A stretch of 64,000 bases of DNA, taken from Dehalococcoidia bacterium (GTDB lineage Bacteria; Chloroflexota; Dehalococcoidia; Lucifugimonadales; UBA3495). The stretch is from positions 967,682 through 1,031,681 of the forward strand of contig OZ242043.1 in assembly GCA_965205185.1 (NCBI GenBank), in the 5' to 3' direction. Below, in pieces: positions 19,448-28,932 of the stretch. The position numbers were made by a program, and so were the translations under genes. Below the pieces are notes generated by a model. It was not told the DNA's origin and did not search any database. It saw only the letters and a list, made by a program, of their open reading frames with translations. Numbering within the stretch: position 1 is the first letter of the stretch; the number at the start of each line of letters is the position of its first letter.

Positions 19448-20170
19448 CTAATCCTCCAGCGCGATCCGCAGCCGCTTGTTGATCCGCCCCTTGCTTTCAT
19501 GCCCCACCACCCGGATCCGCCCCACCTCGGTCGTGTTCCCCACGTGCGTGCCGCCGTCCGCCTGCACATCCAGCCCTTGAATATCAATCGTCCGCACCTC
19601 CGTGATATTCTTGGGCAACAAATTGATCTTCGTCCGGATCAAATCCGGGATTTGTTCCGCCGCCTCCCGCGGCAGGTTTGCCGTCAGCACCGCCCGCGCC
19701 GCCGCCACTTCCGCATTGATCTTCGCCTCTACTTCCTCGGCGAAATCCGCCGACATCCGTTCCAGCTCGAAATCCATCCGCGCCTCGCCCGGCTGCATAT
19801 TCCCGCCGGTCACCAACGCCCCGTAATCCCGCCACACCACGCCGCAAAGGATATGGAGCGCGGTATGGGTCCGCATCAGCCGGTAGCGCCGCGCCCAGTC
19901 AATCCGCCCCGACACCCGGCTCCCCACCGCCGGCCCGGCGCCATCGCCGCCGCCCTCGAGCAGATGCCACAACTCGCCCCCGTCGCGCTTGATCCCCGAC
20001 ACCGCGAACTCCCGCCCCCCGGCCAACAGGGCCCCGACGTCCGGCGGCTGCCCCCCGCCCCCGATGTAGAACGCCGTCCGGTCCAGGGCCACCCCCGCAG
20101 CCCCCGCCGCGGTAACCGTAGCGTCAAACTCCCGCATATAGCTATGATTATGGAACAATAGTTCAGTCAT
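19448..20170 (-). CDS. alaX: Alanyl-tRNA editing protein AlaX-type
   Basis: Start at the ATG at 20170 ('MTELLFHNHSYMREFDATV'). 'HTALHIL' and 'DGGTHVGNTTEVG' zinc/editing-site motifs. Confidence 0.8.
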   Translation of the reverse strand: MTELLFHNHSYMREFDATVTAAGAAGVALDRTAFYIGGGGQPPDVGALLAGGREFAVSGIKRDGGELWHLLEGGGDGAGPAVGSRVSGRIDWARRYRLMRTHTALHILCGVVWRDYGALVTGGNMQPGEARMDFELERMSADFAEEVEAKINAEVAAARAVLTANLPREAAEQIPDLIRTKINLLPKNITEVRTIDIQGLDVQADGGTHVGNTTEVGRIRVVGHESKGRINKRLRIALED

Positions 20171-20259
20171 TTTCAACCCCCTGCCGCGCCGTTTCCGGGC
20201 ATTATAATCGAAATTGCCGGAAAACCGTAAGCCGGACGCGATCATAAATCCGTTGACTA

Positions 20260-20288
20260 TTGAACGAATTACAAAATTTTCTTAAAAT
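20260..20288 (+). promoter_or_regulatory. Candidate sigma70 promoter of dnaN
   Basis: TTGAAC (20260-20265), 17-nt spacer, TAAAAT (20283-20288), in an AT-rich intergenic region. Confidence 0.35.
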
Positions 20289-20396
20289 CTTGTAAAAATG
20301 TGCAAGGCAGACCGCCCGCTCCGGCGTCTTATAATGGCAAGCTAATTGGCGGCCCGCGGCCAGTGCCGGGGCCTGACGTTCAGGGGCTTTGACATT

Positions 20397-21557
20397 ATGA
20401 AAATTTCATGCCTGCAAGAAAACCTAAGCCGCGGTCTGGGCACCGTAGGCCGCGCCGTTGCCAGCCGCGCCACCCTGCCCGTTACCCAAAACGTCCTCTT
20501 GACCGCCGACCAGGGGATGCTGCGCCTTTCCGGCACCAACCTGGAAATCGCCATGACCACTTGGATCGGCGCCATGGTGGAGGAGGAGGGCGCGGTAACC
20601 GTCCCCGCCCGGCTGCTGACCGAATTCGTCAATTCCCTCGGCAGCGACCGCATCGATATGGACATCGAGGAGGGATCCTACCAGTTGCAGATCAAATCGG
20701 GGCGTTCCCAAGCCAACATCAACGGCACCGACGCCTCCGAATTTCCCCCCATCCCCACGGTGGACGACGCCGTAGTCGCCCGCGCCGAGGCCGCCGCCCT
20801 GCGCGCCGCCATCGGCCGCGTCGCCTTCGCCGCCGCCACCGAGGAATCCCGCCCGGTCCTGACCGGCGTAGAAATCAAGCTCAGCGAGGGCAAATTCACG
20901 ATGGCCGCCGCCGACGGTTTCCGGCTCGCCGTCCACCACGGCCACCTGACCCAATCCACCCCCGAGGAAATGAGCGTCATCATCCCCGCCCGCACCATGA
21001 ACGAACTCAACCGGCTCTTGGGCGACCACAACGAAACGGTGCAAATTATGCTTACCCCCCAAAAGGGGCAGGTAATGTTCCGGCTCCAGGGCGGCGACAC
21101 CGTCGAGCTGGTTTCCCAACTGTTGCAAGGCACTTTCCCCAACTACGACCAGCTAATCCCCCAAAGCTACACCACCCGCGCCCTGCTGGACTCCCAAGCC
21201 ACCCTCCGCGCCACTCGCACCGCCTCCATTTTCGCCCGCGACGGCTCCAACATCATCCGAATGCACGTAATGCCGCACACCAACCCAGAGGAAAACCCCA
21301 CCAGCGGCGGGCGCCTCCTGATTTCCGCCCGCTCCGAGGAAGTGGGCGACAACCAGGACGAGGTAGACGTAGCCGAGCTGGAGGGCGAGGAGGGCAAAAT
21401 AGCCTTCAACAGCCGCTACCTGCTAGACGTCCTCCAGGCCCTGGACCGCGGCCAGGTAGCCATCGAAACCACCACCTCCTCCAGCCCCGGCGTATTCAAG
21501 CCCACCGACACCGACGACTACGTCCACGTAGTGATGCCAATGTTCGTCCAATGGTAG
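20397..21557 (+). CDS. dnaN: DNA polymerase III beta sliding clamp
   Basis: Start at the ATG at 20397 ('MKISCLQENLSRGLGTVGRAV'). 'LTADQGMLRLSGTNLEIAM', 'GRSQANINGTDASEFP' and C-terminal 'YVHVVMPMFV'. Confidence 0.9.
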   Translation: MKISCLQENLSRGLGTVGRAVASRATLPVTQNVLLTADQGMLRLSGTNLEIAMTTWIGAMVEEEGAVTVPARLLTEFVNSLGSDRIDMDIEEGSYQLQIKSGRSQANINGTDASEFPPIPTVDDAVVARAEAAALRAAIGRVAFAAATEESRPVLTGVEIKLSEGKFTMAAADGFRLAVHHGHLTQSTPEEMSVIIPARTMNELNRLLGDHNETVQIMLTPQKGQVMFRLQGGDTVELVSQLLQGTFPNYDQLIPQSYTTRALLDSQATLRATRTASIFARDGSNIIRMHVMPHTNPEENPTSGGRLLISARSEEVGDNQDEVDVAELEGEEGKIAFNSRYLLDVLQALDRGQVAIETTTSSSPGVFKPTDTDDYVHVVMPMFVQW

Positions 21558-21585
21558 CCCCAAAACCAACGGCAGCCCCAAAGCT

Positions 21586-21635
21586 AATTCATCCTGATCT
21601 TGTCGGATCATCCTGAGCTTGTCGAAGGATGATCC
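21586..21635. repeat. REP-like hairpin element (CATCCTGAGCTTGTCGAAGGATG family)
   Basis: Inverted-repeat arms CATCCT/AGGATG. Related copies lie at 32111-32143 and, in tandem, at 59445-59618. Confidence 0.75.
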
Positions 21636-21787
21636 CCGCCCCCGCCAACGCCCCTGATGCCAATCAGGGGCGTAACCACGCTTAAAATACCCCCCAATGG
21701 CCTGCCCATCCCTATCTAATGACACTTCCCCCTTGCCAACCCCCGAAACCCATTCCTACAATAGATGCATTATCCCCTCCCCGCGCC

Positions 21788-21884
21788 AAAATCCCCTCCC
21801 CCTAAGGGGGAGGGTTAGGGTGGGGGTGAACCCCCGCGCCAGCCCGATGAAAACCCCCCAAAACCCCCCAAAAACCCCCAAATC
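21788..21884. repeat. Palindromic element (CCCTCCCCCTAAGGGGGAGGG + GTTAGGGTGGGGGTGAA) with C-run flank
   Basis: Its reverse complement matches 32158-32236: a 42-nt core with 1 mismatch, plus a shared 11-nt GATTTGGGGGT end. Confidence 0.75.
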
Positions 21885-22073
21885 GGCGCCAAATGGGGGG
21901 AAAATTTAACAAAATCCCCCCCATTCCCCCCCCATATTTCGGCAGCCCCCAAAGCTGAAGCCCGGAAAAATGGTAGGAAATGGGGGGTTTTGGGGGGAAA
22001 TAAAAAAATTCCCGCCCCGGCAACCCTAACAGATGCGACCCAACACCCCCAACCCCCGCCAACGGAGCGTGAA

Positions 22074-24341
22074 ATGGCCCAGATGCAACTCCCCTCCGGC
22101 AACCCGGTAGAAATTGACGACCTGCTATTCGACTTCGTCCAAAACGAAGTAACCCCCGGCACCCCCTGGAGCGCCGAAACCGTGTTCCGGCACTTGGGCG
22201 AACTGGTAGAGGAATTTGACCCGCCCAACCGCGCCCTGCTACAACGGCGCGAAAGCGTACAGCGCCAAATTGACGCTTGGTATCAAGGCAAGCGCGAAGC
22301 CGGCTGGCGCCCCGCCCCCCAATCCCGCGAACAAGACGCCGCCGACCTCGAGGCCTTTCTGATTAACATCGGCTACCTGCAACCCGATGCCCCGCCGGAC
22401 TTCGAGATGACCACCCCCCCGCTGGACCCCGAAATGGCCCAGAACGGCCCCGAACTGGTCACCCCCGTATCCAACGCCAGCATGGCCGTCGGCGGCGCCA
22501 ACGCCCGTTGGGGCAGTCTCTACGACGCCTGGTTCCTCAGCGACATCCGCCCCGAAATCGACCGCCAAGCCCAGCGCCCCGCCCGCCTGCGTATGGTGGT
22601 CGAGCAAACCAACGCCTTCCTCGACCAAAATGTCGCCCAATGGCACAACGCCGCCGGCATCGGCGAAATCCAATCCTTTGCCGTCCAGCAAACCCCCGCC
22701 GGCCAATACGAACTCATCGGCCGCGCCCCCAACGGCGAAGCCCGCCTGCAATCCCCCGAAAAATTCTACGGCTTCAACCTCAACCCGCAAGGCGACCTGG
22801 ACGAGTTTTACCTCGAAAACAACGGGCTCCGCATACTGTTTCAACTCTACGACGGCGGCAAAGTCGACCCCGGCAACGGCCAATTCCGCGACTTGATCGT
22901 CGAATCCGCCATTACCAACATCGTTGACTTTGAGGACGCCGTCGCCGTAGTCGACGCCCCGGATCTGGTGGCATCCCTCCGCAACTACCTCGGCCTGATC
23001 CGCGGCGACTTGGCCGGCTACGGCTCCCGCGGCAACCGCAAAACCCTCAACTCCGACCGCGCCTGCACCGGCCCCGACGGGCAGCCCCGCGCCCTGAAAG
23101 GCACCAGCCTGATGTCCGTCCGCAACGTATCCCTTCATATATATACCGGCATCGTCCGCGTCGGCGGCCAAGAAATCCCCGAGCGCATTCTCGGTCTGCT
23201 GCTAACCACCCTCATCGCCGCCGCCCACGACCGGGGATCCCACGGCGAACCCCGTCCCGACGGCTCCGGCGATCTGCCCGCCCGCGCCCCCAACAGCCGC
23301 CGCGGTTTCATCTACCAAGTCACCCCCAAGCTCCAGACCGCCGACGAAGTAGCCGAACAAGTCCGGCTGTTTGAAGCCATCGAATCCCGTCTCGCCCTAT
23401 CCCCCGGCGTCATCCTCATCGGCATTATGAACGAGGAACTCGGCATGACCCTGCAACTCCCGCAGGCCCTCCGCGCCGCCCAAAGCCGCGTTTTCTTTAC
23501 CAACACTGGATTCCTTGACCGCACCGGCTCCCAAATCCGCGCCCAAATGCACGCCGGCCCGGTAGACCCCCGCGACGATCTGACCCAAGAAACCTTTAAC
23601 CTGAGCTACGAGCGCCACAACGTAGACATCAGCCTCCGCGCCGGCGTTCACCGCCACGGCAAAATCGGCAAGGGTATGCAAGTCCGCAACCGCGCGATGG
23701 CCGAAATGCTGGAGCGCAAAATCGACCACCCCCGCACCGGCGGCAACACCGCCTGGGTACCCGCCCCCTACCCCAGCGACCTCCACGCTACCCACTACCA
23801 CGCGATCGACGTCGACCAGGTCCAGCGGGTAATGCTGGACTCCCCCGCGCTCAACATCCGCCGCGCCGCCCTGTTGTCCTTCCCCTTGCTCAACCCCGAA
23901 AAAGTCGCCGACCCCGATACCAAAGCCGCCCTCGCCCTCCGCTACGCCCACAGCATGGTCGCCTACGTCGAACCCTGGGTGCAACGCGGCATTGGCTGCA
24001 CCGGCGTCCCCAACTTCGACCAGATCGAGGAAATGAAAGACCGCGCCACTGAAAGAATCGACGGCGCTATCCTCGCCAACTGGCGGCTCCACGGCATCAT
24101 ATCCCAAGCCGACATCGAACAAGCCATCACCCGGGCCGCCGAAGTCGTCGACCGCCAAAGCGCCCAATCCCCCGGCTACCAGCCCCTGGCCGACACCCCC
24201 GAAAAGCGGGCTGCCCTGCTGCAAAACCCCGCCATCGTCGCCGTCCTCGAAATCATCGACGACGCCCTATCCTCCCCCAGCGCCTACGTAGAACCCGCCC
24301 TGTTCCGCAACCGCCAGGCGGTAAAAGCCGCCGCCCCATAA
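22074..24341 (+). CDS. glcB: Malate synthase G
   Basis: Start at the ATG at 22074. 'NARWGSLYDA', 'FTNTGFLDRTGSQI', 'GKGMQV', 'NTAWVPAP' and 'EDRAT' match GlcB throughout. Confidence 0.9.
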   Translation: MAQMQLPSGNPVEIDDLLFDFVQNEVTPGTPWSAETVFRHLGELVEEFDPPNRALLQRRESVQRQIDAWYQGKREAGWRPAPQSREQDAADLEAFLINIGYLQPDAPPDFEMTTPPLDPEMAQNGPELVTPVSNASMAVGGANARWGSLYDAWFLSDIRPEIDRQAQRPARLRMVVEQTNAFLDQNVAQWHNAAGIGEIQSFAVQQTPAGQYELIGRAPNGEARLQSPEKFYGFNLNPQGDLDEFYLENNGLRILFQLYDGGKVDPGNGQFRDLIVESAITNIVDFEDAVAVVDAPDLVASLRNYLGLIRGDLAGYGSRGNRKTLNSDRACTGPDGQPRALKGTSLMSVRNVSLHIYTGIVRVGGQEIPERILGLLLTTLIAAAHDRGSHGEPRPDGSGDLPARAPNSRRGFIYQVTPKLQTADEVAEQVRLFEAIESRLALSPGVILIGIMNEELGMTLQLPQALRAAQSRVFFTNTGFLDRTGSQIRAQMHAGPVDPRDDLTQETFNLSYERHNVDISLRAGVHRHGKIGKGMQVRNRAMAEMLERKIDHPRTGGNTAWVPAPYPSDLHATHYHAIDVDQVQRVMLDSPALNIRRAALLSFPLLNPEKVADPDTKAALALRYAHSMVAYVEPWVQRGIGCTGVPNFDQIEEMKDRATERIDGAILANWRLHGIISQADIEQAITRAAEVVDRQSAQSPGYQPLADTPEKRAALLQNPAIVAVLEIIDDALSSPSAYVEPALFRNRQAVKAAAP

Positions 24342-24595
24342 CAAAAAACGCCCCACCGGAGGGGCCGTCTGCGGGAGGAGTGCGCGACGCCCGCCCCGGT
24401 GGAGCGCGGTAAGCCCCGGCAAGCCGCCGGCCATCCCGTACCTGGAGGGAGGCCGGAATGGTATAGCCCGGCGGCCCTAGCGCCGGGGCGCCCCCGGGCG
24501 CCGGTTCCGGGCGGGATGGGCCAGGCGTGCCGCCCGTGGCAGGCGGCCCCCACCCCGTCCGGGGCGCCCCGAATTGGGGCCGGAATTGTCAAATG

Positions 24596-25180
24596 CTAAT
24601 CGCCCGCCCCGAACCAGCGAGTGAAACCCGACGCCGGCGACCGGCGCGATGCAGGATGTTCCCCCGGATGCCCGATCAGCAGCATAGTCGCCATTTCCCA
24701 AGAATCCTCCGCCCCCAACAGCGCCTTCAGCCCCGGATGCCGCGTCGCCCCGCCGGTTTCCCAAGTCACCGCCAGCCCCTCCGCCGCCCCGGCCAGCGCG
24801 ATGTTATGCGCCGCGATGCACACCGACGCATAATTTTCTTTGGTCGTGGCCTCATCCGGCCCTGGCACGGCGTAGACGTAAATCACCACCGGCGGCGCCA
24901 GCACCTTCTGCCGCGCCGTCTCCGCCCGCCGCTGGTCGCCCGTGCGCTCCATCTGGAACTGCCCGGCCAATTCCGCCGCCGCCGCCCGCGCCGCGCTGCC
25001 CTGATCCAGAACGAAAAACCGCCACGGCTCCGTCAGCCGGTGATTCGGCGCCCACACCGCCGCGTCCAACATCCGCTCAATCGCCATCCGGTCCACCGGC
25101 TGCCCGCTGAACTTCCAGGCGCTCCGCCGCCCGTAAATCGCATGGTACACACTCAAGGGTTGCCGGCTTTTCGCAGTCAT
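24596..25180 (-). CDS. Nitroreductase-family protein
   Basis: 194 aa. 'RRSAWKFSGQPVD...ERMLDAAVWAPNHRLTEPWRFFVL' is a typical nitroreductase N-terminus. Confidence 0.8.
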   Translation of the reverse strand: MTAKSRQPLSVYHAIYGRRSAWKFSGQPVDRMAIERMLDAAVWAPNHRLTEPWRFFVLDQGSAARAAAAELAGQFQMERTGDQRRAETARQKVLAPPVVIYVYAVPGPDEATTKENYASVCIAAHNIALAGAAEGLAVTWETGGATRHPGLKALLGAEDSWEMATMLLIGHPGEHPASRRSPASGFTRWFGAGD

Positions 25181-25246
25181 TCCCCCACATCCTTTATCAG
25201 CTATCCGCCAATCGGCTTGGCCGACGCCTTATCCGCCGGCCAACGG

Positions 25247-25816
25247 CTACAATTCGGCATCATCCGCCGCCGGATGGTCCGGCAGATCCGTGCCTTCCGG
25301 CAATTTCAGCCCCTCGATAACCTCCTGAAACGCCTGCGGTATCGGGGTAGGCTCCCGCCGCGATTCGATATACTCCGGCACGGCCCGGTCCTCCGCCCCA
25401 TCCTCGCGCCCCCGCGCCTCCGTATCCGGTTCCGCCGGCGAAAACTCCCCGTCCATAAACACCGGCAGCCCCAGGTGAATCGCTATCGCCAAAGCCGCCG
25501 CCGCATCTACTTGGGCGCTATGCATCCCCGTGGCCGACACCATCCGCATCACCCCCGCCACCTCATCCGACGCCCCAACGCGCTGGATCACGATATGGCT
25601 GATCCTGGCCTTCAGCGACTCCGCCACCCGCACCGTCATGTGATGCAACGGGCAATGATCCGAAGCCAGCCCCCGCAGCTCCACCGCCAGGATCCGCGCC
25701 TGCTCCAGCGACAGATGAACCACATAAGCCGACTTGCCGTTGCGCAGCCGCAGCAGCAACTCCCCCCGCCAACCATCCCGGCTGCGCCGTATCAAATATG
25801 GAAACACCGGAGTCAT
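25247..25816 (-). CDS. Bifunctional nuclease (BFN/DUF151) family protein
   Basis: Start at the ATG at 25816. The 'LSLEQARILAVELRGL...' and 'DAAAALAIAIHLGLPVFM' pattern matches the DNase/RNase BFN domain. Confidence 0.75.
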   Translation of the reverse strand: MTPVFPYLIRRSRDGWRGELLLRLRNGKSAYVVHLSLEQARILAVELRGLASDHCPLHHMTVRVAESLKARISHIVIQRVGASDEVAGVMRMVSATGMHSAQVDAAAALAIAIHLGLPVFMDGEFSPAEPDTEARGREDGAEDRAVPEYIESRREPTPIPQAFQEVIEGLKLPEGTDLPDHPAADDAEL

Positions 25817-25897
25817 ACGTTCCCTCCCCAATCTGATTTCCCCGCCGTCCATCCCCGGCCGCCGGAAATGAACGGCGGGCGTTGGCGTTACCGGATG

Positions 25898-27256
25898 CTA
25901 GGGCAGCACCCCGGTTTCCTGTAGCAGCTTCTGTGTCCCGGCCAAATCCGCCAAATCCTTCAAGGGTATGTTCGGATGATTGATTTCCGCCAAAGGCGTC
26001 AGCTCATGCTGAACCTTGACCCCGGCCACCAGCGGGTACTCAAAGGTCTGCCCGGCGAAATACTGCTGCCCCACCACCGACAGCATAAACTCCAGGAACT
26101 TCTCGGCCGCCTCTTGATTATCCGACGACTCCAAGATCCCGGCCCCCGCCACCATCACCGTAGCCCCGGGGCCGCCCGCCCGCGGATGATAATTCCGCGC
26201 CGGAAAATCCTCCCCTTCCTCCGCCAAGAAACGGAACAGGTAATAATGATTGACCAGCCCCACGTCTATTTCCCCGGCGGCCACGGCGGCCACCTGCGGC
26301 GTGTTTTTCGGATAGATCACCGGATTGTTAGCCTGCACGCCTTCCAGCCATTCGGTAGCCCTTTCCTCGCCCCAAAGGGCGCGCATCGCCGTCACCATCG
26401 TCTGGAACGATGCATTGGTCGGAGCCCAGCCGATGCGCCCGTCCCACTCCGGGTTGACGAAATCCCAAACATCGTCCGGCAGCTGATCCTCGCTGATCCT
26501 TTCCGGGTTATACACCACCGTGCGCGCCCGGCCCGACAGCCCCACCCACTTGCCTTCCGGGGAACGCGCCCAATCCGGCACCCGCTCCAGCACCTCCGCC
26601 GGCAACGGCATCAGCATACCCTCCACCGCCCCCAGTCCGCCGGGATCCTGGGCAAAGAATATATCCGCCGGCGTATTCCCCCCTTCCTCCAGCAGCGTAG
26701 CGGCAAGCTGCGAAGTCCCGGCATACTTGACCTCAATCTCAATTCCGGTAGCCTGGCTGAACTGCTGGATAATGGCATCCACCAGCGACTCGCTCCGCCC
26801 GGAATAAATCACCAGCGGCTCCGTCGTACCTGTTTCGGCGGACATCCCGGCGGCGATAGTGGCGGCGGCTTCGCCCATCGCCTCCGATACCGCCGCGGCC
26901 ACGGCCGCCTCAACCTCCGCCTGGCTAACCCCCGGCGTCACCGCCGATGCCACCGCCGCTTGCACCAGCCCCTCCACATCCTCCGCGGTCAACCCCTCCG
27001 GGATAGCCGGCATCGAATCGGCCACCGCCCGCTCCACCAGAGCCTGCAACTGCGCCTCGGTCAAAGCCGGTTCCCCCGACGACGCCGGCATAGAACCGGC
27101 CACTGCCTCTTGCACCAGAGAGCGCAGCTCCTCCATATTCAGCGGCGTAGGCGTGGGCTGCGGCGTGGCCGTCGCCCCCCCGCCGCAAGCCGCCAGCACC
27201 ACCGGCAGCGCCGCCAAAAGCGCGGCAAACAAAGAAATGCGCCAGTATTTCACCAT
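25898..27256 (-). CDS. Fe(3+)-type ABC transporter substrate-binding lipoprotein
   Basis: Lipobox 'VVLAACGG' and a long Ala/Glu-rich linker, then 'LVIYSGRSESLVDAIIQQF...IEVKYAGT...ADIFFAQDPG' (FbpA/AfuA-like). No permease or ATPase gene is adjacent. Confidence 0.75.
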   Translation of the reverse strand: MVKYWRISLFAALLAALPVVLAACGGGATATPQPTPTPLNMEELRSLVQEAVAGSMPASSGEPALTEAQLQALVERAVADSMPAIPEGLTAEDVEGLVQAAVASAVTPGVSQAEVEAAVAAAVSEAMGEAAATIAAGMSAETGTTEPLVIYSGRSESLVDAIIQQFSQATGIEIEVKYAGTSQLAATLLEEGGNTPADIFFAQDPGGLGAVEGMLMPLPAEVLERVPDWARSPEGKWVGLSGRARTVVYNPERISEDQLPDDVWDFVNPEWDGRIGWAPTNASFQTMVTAMRALWGEERATEWLEGVQANNPVIYPKNTPQVAAVAAGEIDVGLVNHYYLFRFLAEEGEDFPARNYHPRAGGPGATVMVAGAGILESSDNQEAAEKFLEFMLSVVGQQYFAGQTFEYPLVAGVKVQHELTPLAEINHPNIPLKDLADLAGTQKLLQETGVLP

Positions 27257-27474
27257 CGAACCATCCCTCCTAAAATCCGCCGATTTCCCCGTGCCGCGCC
27301 CCGCCTAACCCCCAACGCCCGTCCAGACGCCAACCCGCGCATCACAGGCACAACCACGATAAAGTAGTATACACGAATTTTTAACAGTGTCAATAGATAA
27401 ATGAAAATTGCCATAAACGAATCAAAAGTTTCGTTGGCACGATAAAACCGGACGCCCCCAACCGCAAAAGACGC

Positions 27475-27500
27475 CCCTTGCCCGGCGTCTTTGAGTTGCG
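27475..27500 (-). terminator. Rho-independent terminator after the MFS gene
   Basis: Stem AGACGCC/GGCGTCT (27479-27485 / 27494-27500), followed on the minus strand by TTTT. Confidence 0.5.
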
Positions 27501-27516
27501 GGAAAAGCGGCGGAGC

Positions 27517-28770
27517 CTACTCGGCCGGCGGGGCTATTGGGCGGCGGGCGAGAGGGGAAAAGATGATCAGCGGAATCAGCAAGGTCAGACCCAAGCCGGT
27601 GCTAAGGGCCACCGCGGCGCGGGCGGTCAACTGGTCGGCGATTAAGCCCACGATCACCCCCCCGACCGCCGCCACGCCGATGCATTGCCCCAGCACGCCC
27701 AAAGCCGCGCCGCGGATTTCGGGGGGCGACGACAGCATTATGATCGTGCTTTGCATCGTGCTGAACCCGGCCGCGCCCAACCCCGACAGCAGCAGCAACG
27801 CAAAGGATAGCGCATACCACGGCGACAGCGCGAAAGCGATCAGGCTCGCCAGTTGTATCGCCATCCCGAAACAGAAAACCCGCCCGTGGTAACGCAGGTT
27901 GGGCAACATCCCAATCGCCAGCGCCGCCCCCAAAGTGCCAAAGGATTGGGCGGAGATCAGTATCCCGGTGCGCTCCGGCCCGACTTTCAAGTGTTCCTGC
28001 GCCACCACCGGAAACAGGGATTCGACGCTGAAAGCCAGCGCGTTGAATATGATCGTCCCCGCCAGCACCGCCCGCACGATGGGGTTGCGGAAAGCGTAGC
28101 CGAACCCGGTGCTGACCGTTCCCCAGAAATGAAACGGCCCCGCCGCCCGCGCCGGCAGCCGGGTCCGAACCAAGATGGTGAACGCGAAGGCCATAGAATA
28201 GAGCGCCAGCAGAGTGGCGAAAGCCACCGTGAACCCGGCTTGCCCCACCAGAAACCCCGCCGCCAAAGGGCCAACCAGCCGCCCGATGGTGGTCGTGATG
28301 GTTTCCAACGACATCGCCCCCACCACTTGACCGCCGCCCACCAGTTCGTAAATGAAAGAGCGGCGGGAGGGAAACTCCAGAACATATAGCCAGCCCAGCA
28401 ACAGGGAGCCGATAAACAAGTGTTCGGGGCGGGTCTGGCCGCCGGCCACCAGCGTCAGCAGGATGGCGGTCACGGCTACCGCTACCCCGCGGGCGGTGAT
28501 CATCACCAGCCGGCGGTTAGTCCGGTCGGCCACCATCCCCGAGATCAGGGCGAACAGCAGCATCGGCGTCCAGCGGAAAGCGAAAAGCAGGGCGACCTGT
28601 AGGGCGCTGCCGCCGATGTCCAGCATCAGCAGGGCCATCACCACCGACTCCATCCAGCGGCCGGAGTTGTCCATTCCGCCGGCGAACCATAAAAGGCGGA
28701 AGTCGCGGTGGCGAAGCACGGCGCGGATGGAGCCGGAGCGCGTCGGGGGAAGTGCGGCGGGCGTTGTCAT
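27517..28770 (-). CDS. MFS transporter
   Basis: 417 aa with about 12 predicted TM segments. N-terminal 'FRLLWFAGGMDNSGRWM' is typical of the MFS_3/enterobactin-exporter-like group. Confidence 0.8.
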   Translation of the reverse strand: MTTPAALPPTRSGSIRAVLRHRDFRLLWFAGGMDNSGRWMESVVMALLMLDIGGSALQVALLFAFRWTPMLLFALISGMVADRTNRRLVMITARGVAVAVTAILLTLVAGGQTRPEHLFIGSLLLGWLYVLEFPSRRSFIYELVGGGQVVGAMSLETITTTIGRLVGPLAAGFLVGQAGFTVAFATLLALYSMAFAFTILVRTRLPARAAGPFHFWGTVSTGFGYAFRNPIVRAVLAGTIIFNALAFSVESLFPVVAQEHLKVGPERTGILISAQSFGTLGAALAIGMLPNLRYHGRVFCFGMAIQLASLIAFALSPWYALSFALLLLSGLGAAGFSTMQSTIIMLSSPPEIRGAALGVLGQCIGVAAVGGVIVGLIADQLTARAAVALSTGLGLTLLIPLIIFSPLARRPIAPPAE

Positions 28771-28874
28771 ATCCGCCTATATTAACCTACCCGGCCTGGC
28801 GGCGGCGGGGCGGCGGAGGCCAATGTGACCCGGTTTGCCGCCGGGGATTGTAGCGGCGCAGGCGTGATTGCCGC

Positions 28875-28905
28875 ATAAAACAGGCCCCGCGGGCGGCGGG
28901 GCCTG
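28875..28905 (-). terminator. Rho-independent terminator after the xanthine-dehydrogenase-family gene
   Basis: 10-bp stem CAGGCCCCGC/GCGGGGCCTG (28881-28890 / 28896-28905), followed on the minus strand by TTTTAT. Confidence 0.55.
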
Positions 28906-28932
28906 TCCGGTAGGCCGGGGGATTGGCGGGAT

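Noticed and set aside
20171-20396. AT-rich dnaN upstream region as the replication origin
   Set aside because: I found no TCCACA-type boxes and no change in strand skew across it; both flanks are C-rich on '+'. It is more simply the dnaN promoter region.
24342-24595. 250-nt GC-balanced, hairpin-rich spacer between glcB and the nitroreductase gene as a structured ncRNA
   Set aside because: It contains several short palindromes (for example GGCGCCC-CC-GGGCGCC and CCGCC-N7-GGCGG) but nothing resembling SRP, RNase P, tmRNA or 6S cores. It most simply holds terminator structures between convergent genes.
24527-25924. Long '+' strand ORFs on the left arm (for example 5381..6478, 6493..7419, 10351..11325, 10838..11932, 14085..14927, 19280..20161, 20408..21616, 24527..25924, 25976..27367)
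   Set aside because: Their translations are low-complexity Pro/Arg/His-rich, and each lies antisense to or out of frame with a gene that has clear family motifs. They arise because the C/A-rich strand contains few stop codons.
27396-27414. Fur-box-like sequence GATAAATGAAAATTGCCAT upstream of the Fe(3+)-binding protein gene
   Set aside because: It matches the 19-bp Fur consensus only partially and lies in generally AT-rich DNA. It is plausible but unsupported without a position-weight-matrix score or conservation.
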